Assembly: GCF_002571385.2 (NCBI RefSeq)
Contig: NW_019217830.1
Coordinates: forward strand, 470,029 to 534,028
DNA length: 64,000 nt
Source of the DNA: Stylophora pistillata
Taxonomy: Eukaryota
Direction: 5' to 3'
Part shown: in pieces, positions 58,656 through 64,000 of the stretch
Layout of the letters: each line of letters starts with the position of its first letter
Position numbering within the stretch: position 1 is the first letter of the stretch
Notes under the pieces: model-generated
What the model saw: only the letters and a program-made list of their open reading frames with translations
Told to the model about the DNA's origin: nothing
Databases searched by the model: none
Translations under genes and position numbers: made by a program

Positions 58656-60129
58656 GCATCATAACNTTGGGCGTTCCATGGTCTGCTGATCAACAGTTTA
58701 AGCAAGCAAGTAGGTTTCTCACGCGGCCCTGTCGTAAAAATGTAATACACTTCTCCTGTCATTATTATCCAATCGCCATTCTAACGATAACGAAAATGGA
58801 AGAGTCAAGAAAACACCTTTTATTTTTTATCATCAAAGCCGCGAGTACAAACTTCTGCCCGTTGTCCCAAGGGTAAATAATGCTTCCTCGCACGAAAAAG
58901 TAAAACCGTCGTTACAAAGTAAGAAACAATGACCACTTTTAAAAATGTCGTTTTACTCAAACTAAGAAGCAATGACAAATTTCAGTGAAACGTCTCACTA
59001 ATCATTAAGATTTCGCCTTTCGGCCAGCGGCGTCACACAGTCACAATAGTTGTTCAAAAGTCAGTCAGGCATCGCTTCCATAAGTCCTTAACACAAACAA
59101 GAACGTTGGGCCACCTTGATAGCTCACGTAATAACAGTTACCAATGAGGCGTTAAAAGAATTTTGTTCACCTTGACTAAAACAAAAGTTTCAATAGTTCG
59201 CGAATGTCGAAGTCAATATTTTTCTGTCATGGTGGTACGACACTTCCACAGTAAAAATAAAATTATAATGCATTCTTCCTTTCATGACTATCCAGTCGCT
59301 TTTCTAAAGAGAAGAAAAATTGAAAGCATTAAAACCACGCTTTTGTAATTATTTCTGTACTTATTTCGAGCTTTAGGCGAGTGCAGCTGCGCGTGACGAA
59401 GACACGCTTTCTTCGGCTTGGCTCTATCGTGCCTCGCCTGACAGCAAATTATGAAAGAACAAAACCGCAATTAAAATGATGAATGATGGTAATCTTAAGC
59501 TCGGAGATAAAATGTACTTAGATTAGCTTTGATTGATAGGCTGGCGCTTGAAATAGTCAGCAAGCATGCCTTTGCCTCTAATACAACCTGTGATCAGACT
59601 TTCTCGGTAAGAGTCGCTTACAAAATCGAGAGCCCGGAGAACAGAATTTACACGTAGAATTTACACGGAGAACAGAATTTACACCAAATGCAATTTGAAA
59701 AAGAAATTGTGCATTTTTTAAGGATATAAAAAGCCCTAATTACATAAATTTCAGTAAGAACTTAATGATGAATGCTGTTTTGAACTTTTAGGCTATTGCA
59801 GTAATCAAAGTTGTACCACATATTTGAAGCGTGGACAGAAAAATAAAACACTGAGACAAGACTAGCTCGAGCCACACGTGTTCATGGTCGGCGAGCTCCA
59901 CCAGTATGTGTGTTCGTTTAAAGAGGAAGAAACATAAGAGTTCTATTAGCACAACGTACAAGATAAAAAAAATGAAATTAGGAAACAATGAAAATAGGAG
60001 CATATAAAACACGCACGAAAAATCCTGACGAAGCTAAAGGCTCAAAATGTTTTTGCTGCATCAAGGGGAATTAAAAATCATGGAATTTACACTCTATTTT
60101 TGTCAATAAATCCGCATTTGCCCACCTCA

Positions 60130-60348
60130 TCAAAGATGCTCGTCATGTTCTTTAGGTCGTTTCCCTGGTCTCTCATCATTTTCTTCAGGTAACTTTCGCA
60201 CAGCAGAAGTTCCATCAGTCTGTACAGCTCTATATTCTCTGATTTCTTCACGCGATTCCTTCGGATTAAAAAACTTGTAAAGCAGAAAAGCGATAATGGA
60301 GCCGATGGTAACGTAAACGAAACGCCATAAGATTTGTTCAGAGAACAT
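60130..60348 (-). CDS. Candidate 72-aa single-pass membrane microprotein
   Basis: MFSEQILWRFVYVTIGSIIAFLLYKFFNPK followed by a charged tail; upstream acceptor ttttgtag at ~60411 and donor gtaag at ~60488. Confidence 0.45.
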   Translation of the reverse strand: MFSEQILWRFVYVTIGSIIAFLLYKFFNPKESREEIREYRAVQTDGTSAVRKLPEENDERPGKRPKEHDEHL

Positions 60349-61029
60349 TTCTTCATGTGCACTGGTGCGAATTCACTGGTACTGATCCAGTGAATTCTCC
60401 TGATGCGTGTCTACAAAATAGGACTCTTTACGTTTTTTTTTTTTTTTTGCAGCAAACTCCGAGTTAGTATACAAAGAACAGGTCTTACGACTTTCTTTAT
60501 ATTCTTTCCAATGTTACACCCAAGCGAAGACCCTAGCGGTCATGCCAGAGTGCTTTTCATCTTCAACGGCGAAGGAAGTTCTGAAAATGAAAGCGTTTGG
60601 TAATAGGAGCATTAGTCAAACAACCAGCTAGAAAGCAGTCGCGAGAGAGCAAAATCTTACAGAACGCTAATTTACTGTAAGTTTTTACGCCGTTAAGTAA
60701 CATTACCCTGTGCAGCAAACTCCGAGTTAGTATACAACGAACAGGTCATACGAATTTCTTTACATTCTTTACAATGTTACACCCAATGTTAAAGAACTCA
60801 CTCACGAGTTTACTGTGATGTGGTCTAGCATGTTTACTGGGAATTGGGGGGAAGGGGGCATCTTCAAATAGGTTTCCTTCGATTGTTTGTAAACTGCTGA
60901 TGCAGTCCGGCCAAAGTCCCCCGAAAAGTGTTGTGATGCGTATTTGATCATATTCAAATGTTAATTTGCGCAATATAAATATTAAATGTCAAATATCAAA
61001 TATCATCACCCACGCAGACAGTGGCGCAA

Positions 61030-61420
61030 AATCGTACATCATGTAAAATAATTGGGCTCTATCCGTACTCAACAATCTTGCCCTGAAAGAATTTTGATTG
61101 GAACAATTACATTGTAGATCTAGACACTGATCAAAGGTTTGGTTCACTACCAAACCTTTGATCAGTAAATAAGTAAGACCAAACCTGAACTTAACAGACA
61201 ATTACAGCATTATAACACTTTTCTAGCGTTTTAGTTCACAACTTTGATGTTTGGTGTCACGTTGTAATTAGTACCCGCTCTTGTATTACATCATACTGTA
61301 AATATTTTATCCATCTACTTGTATGCTATATAATTACTCACGTTCAGTTACTCATTGATTGAAGATGGCATAAGCAAGCCGAAACGTGACTCTCAAAAAA
61401 TTTGTCTATTTCTTACAATA
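61030..61420 (+). mobile_element. Penelope-like 3' remnant with degenerate hammerhead
   Basis: ~61169-61234 reads ISKTKPELNRQLQHYNTFLAF* (KPxLNxQ PLE C-terminus); 61359-61392 ttgaaga-tggc...gcc-gaaa-cgtg. Confidence 0.6.
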
Positions 61421-61640
61421 TTTATCATAGTTTAAGCTTTACAGTGATATAAAGTTTTCCATGGTTTCTTCTAAAGTATCGCACATGCACAGGACGATTT
61501 TTCCGAAACGCATGCTTTGAGGGTTTGAGCCTGCAGTCATTAATGCACGAGAGAAATAGCATGCCATGCGCCAACCTCCACTGGGAGAAGAAGAGGGAAC
61601 GGTTTCAGCATAGCATTGTAAGTTGCCTTAACAGAAAAAG

Positions 61641-63277
61641 ATGCCCAAAGTACGTCGAAGTCGGAAACCTCCGCCTGAAGGATGGGAATTGATTGATCCA
61701 ACACTTGACGAACTCGATCAGAAAATGCGAGAAGGTAATTAGATAAGATCAGCGTTCTAGGCTCCCTCATTACGACGTTTGTCGGCCAAATTATGCTTGT
61801 ACCTTTATCAGCTGACTACTAATCGTTTGTTTTACTCTTTTAAAAAACTTCAGCTGAGACAGAACCGCACGAGGGAAAACGAAAAACTGAGTCCATGTGG
61901 CCAATATTTAGGTATTTATCAATTTTCTAAGCGCAAACCACGGTAAAGTTTTGTCAATGATTTTCCAAAGGAAATATACACTGATTCCCCATCAGAACGT
62001 AACAGTTGTCTGATAGATGGGATGATAAATTTTAAATTAAATGATAACCCGTCTGTGTAGATAAATTGGTTGAAAAACGCAATTATTTTGATAAGAAACG
62101 TTCAAATCTAATGATCTTTAAAGAGCAATGAAAAGCAATATATATAAACCCAAGAAAGCGTGAATTAAAAGTTGATGGTTAAGTGTGATCTTTCTGCGAT
62201 GCATAGCAGGTGCTATTAGGGCCATTGCAAGTTGTACAGGCCTATATCGAGGTAAAATCACACACTTCTCTCTTTTTGATATTTTGATATGCTCTTTTTT
62301 GATATGCTGCTTGCATAATCATACAGTATATGAACACCTGTTATGCAGTCTGGATTATCCTGAGGAAATGTCTTAACCTTTCCATTCCCAAGATTTCAAT
62401 ATCAGTTCTCCATGTCTGTATTTTTTGTTTCCTATTATTAAACCTCAATTAGGTATGACTCATCAATTGATAATCTTCGATGGATATCCGTGTATTTATC
62501 ATTCTTCTCATCACCAATGTACTTGAAAATGTATAGAAAATGTAATTCCACAAATTACTTACTAGTTACTACAATTCCAGGCACTTTTCTGCAAGTGCAT
62601 GCATGTTTGGTTCTTATTAACCGAGCAGGAGGTCTGTATGGGAGAATCTTGACCGAGGTCGCCAGTACAGACCGGATGCAGTGAGGTCTGTACCAGCGAC
62701 CAAGGTCAAGATTCTCCTACACAGAGCAACATAGCTCGGTTAATAAGATGATTATTATATGGCTGTGTCTTATATGCCAATTTTTTATATTCTTTGTACC
62801 TTTTTTTTCTAGACTGGTCTAGATGCCAGTCTAGATCAGAAAATCTAGACTGCTTTCAATATTGATTTCAGCCAATCAAATATATGAATTCAGTAGTTCC
62901 CAGTCCTTGTCAGACACAGCCATATAATAAAGTCCAGTATTAACCTTTTAACTCCCATGAGTGACCAAGATAAATTTTCTCCTTACAATATCAAGCAGAG
63001 AGAATAATGAGAATAAGGAAAAATTTCAATTAAGAGATTGTTATTCAATTCAATACCAAATTCTCTGAACTAACATCATAAGAATTGTATTGTTGACAGT
63101 AAGGAAAATTGCTAATGAGATCTTGTGAGTGAAAGGGTTCATTTGAACTAAGACAGATCTTGTACCTTTTTACTCACTCTAGAATCCATCACCAGAAGTC
63201 TCGTTATGTGTATGAACTGTTCTATAGAAGAAAAGCAATCAGTAGAGGTACTGAACTTATCATTTATTTATTGTTAC

Positions 63278-63309
<32 letters not shown>

Positions 63310-63938
63310 TTATATTTCAAAATGTAAATGGTTGGTAGACAGGTTGACAGAGGTGAAGTTGAATAGTATTAATAATCCCCAAAGTTGAAATTTTGGTTTT
63401 TAAGGTTACCCGGTAAAAACCCAACATTCTTAGTATTTTTGTCTTTTTTTAGTCGGTTTTTCTCTTCCTAATTCTTGTTTTGTTTTGTTTTGTTTTTTTT
63501 TTCTTTTTCATTGCAACTCTCCTTAATATTGTCTTGTAAGGTTCAATTTCTCTACCTCTCACGTGGGTTATGGTCTGATATTAAAATTCTTTCTCAATTG
63601 TATTTTAATTATGTTTGTGAATGGAAGCCATTGATAATCATAGCAAGACTGTTGTGAAAAAAATTTTTCAACTGTCTTTGTTACATTTCCTCCCTCTCCT
63701 TCCTAGAGAAATGCATCCTAGTCTATATTTTCTTGTTTAATTTATTTTTTGTATGACTTTTCTAATCACAGAGTTGTATGAATACTGTTTGAAAGAAGGA
63801 TATGCTGACAAAAACCTGATAGCAAAGTGGAAGAAGCAAGGTTATGAAAACCTTTGCTGCCTCAGATGTATTCAGTGTAGAGATACAAACTTTGGTACAA
63901 ACTGCATCTGCCGTGTACCTAAAGCCAAACTGGAAGAG
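61641..63938 (+). CDS. BUD31: BUD31 (G10) spliceosomal protein; final exon(s) beyond the window
   Basis: Exons 61641-61734, 61854-61911, 63183-63247, 63772-63938: [59 protein letters not shown]...[56 protein letters not shown]. Confidence 0.97.
62613..62748. mobile_element. Palindromic MITE in a BUD31 intron
   Basis: cttattaaccgagc...gagaatcttgacc pairs with ggtcaagattctc...gctcggttaataag. Confidence 0.75.
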
Positions 63939-64000
63939 GTCAGTTTTTGTCTTTTGTCAGTTCTTCTCACAAACTGCATTGCTTTTACATGTGACCATCT

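Noticed and set aside
60370-60372. In-frame TGA upstream of the microprotein as selenocysteine
   Set aside because: No upstream in-frame start, redox motif or recognisable SECIS.

Overview
AT-rich eukaryotic scaffold with N gaps and GT-AG introns. The repeat content (tRNA-head SINEs, TTAACCCTTT-ended MITEs, Penelope hammerheads) suggests a stony coral (inference, not a database result). Genes reconstructed by hand: (1) a multiply disrupted beta-helix/Cys-rich/multi-TM receptor pseudogene, 4.9-8.7 kb; (2) a two-exon orphan with an Akt/14-3-3 motif, 11.5-14.4 kb; (3) 17-exon ecdysoneless (ECD), 15.6-24.9 kb; (4) two intronless, convergent folate-receptor-fold genes, 26.6-30.9 kb; (5) a 5-exon minus-strand gene whose N-terminus resembles the fungal Net1/Tof2/Dnt1 N-terminal domain, head-to-head with (6) CRLF3, 39.0-44.3 kb; (7) a candidate 72-aa membrane microprotein; (8) BUD31, running off the window end. 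Repeats: a large foldback element with a nested MITE, a decayed RTE LINE, L2/CR1-type tails, several SINE families, hairpin MITEs, Penelope remnants with minimal hammerhead ribozymes, and a 251-bp tandem array of tRNA-Thr-like Pol III units. Best leads: the animal Net1-like gene, the tRNA-like array with alternating variants, the hammerheads, the folate-receptor pair, and 'MAD...' uORFs ending at two gene starts.
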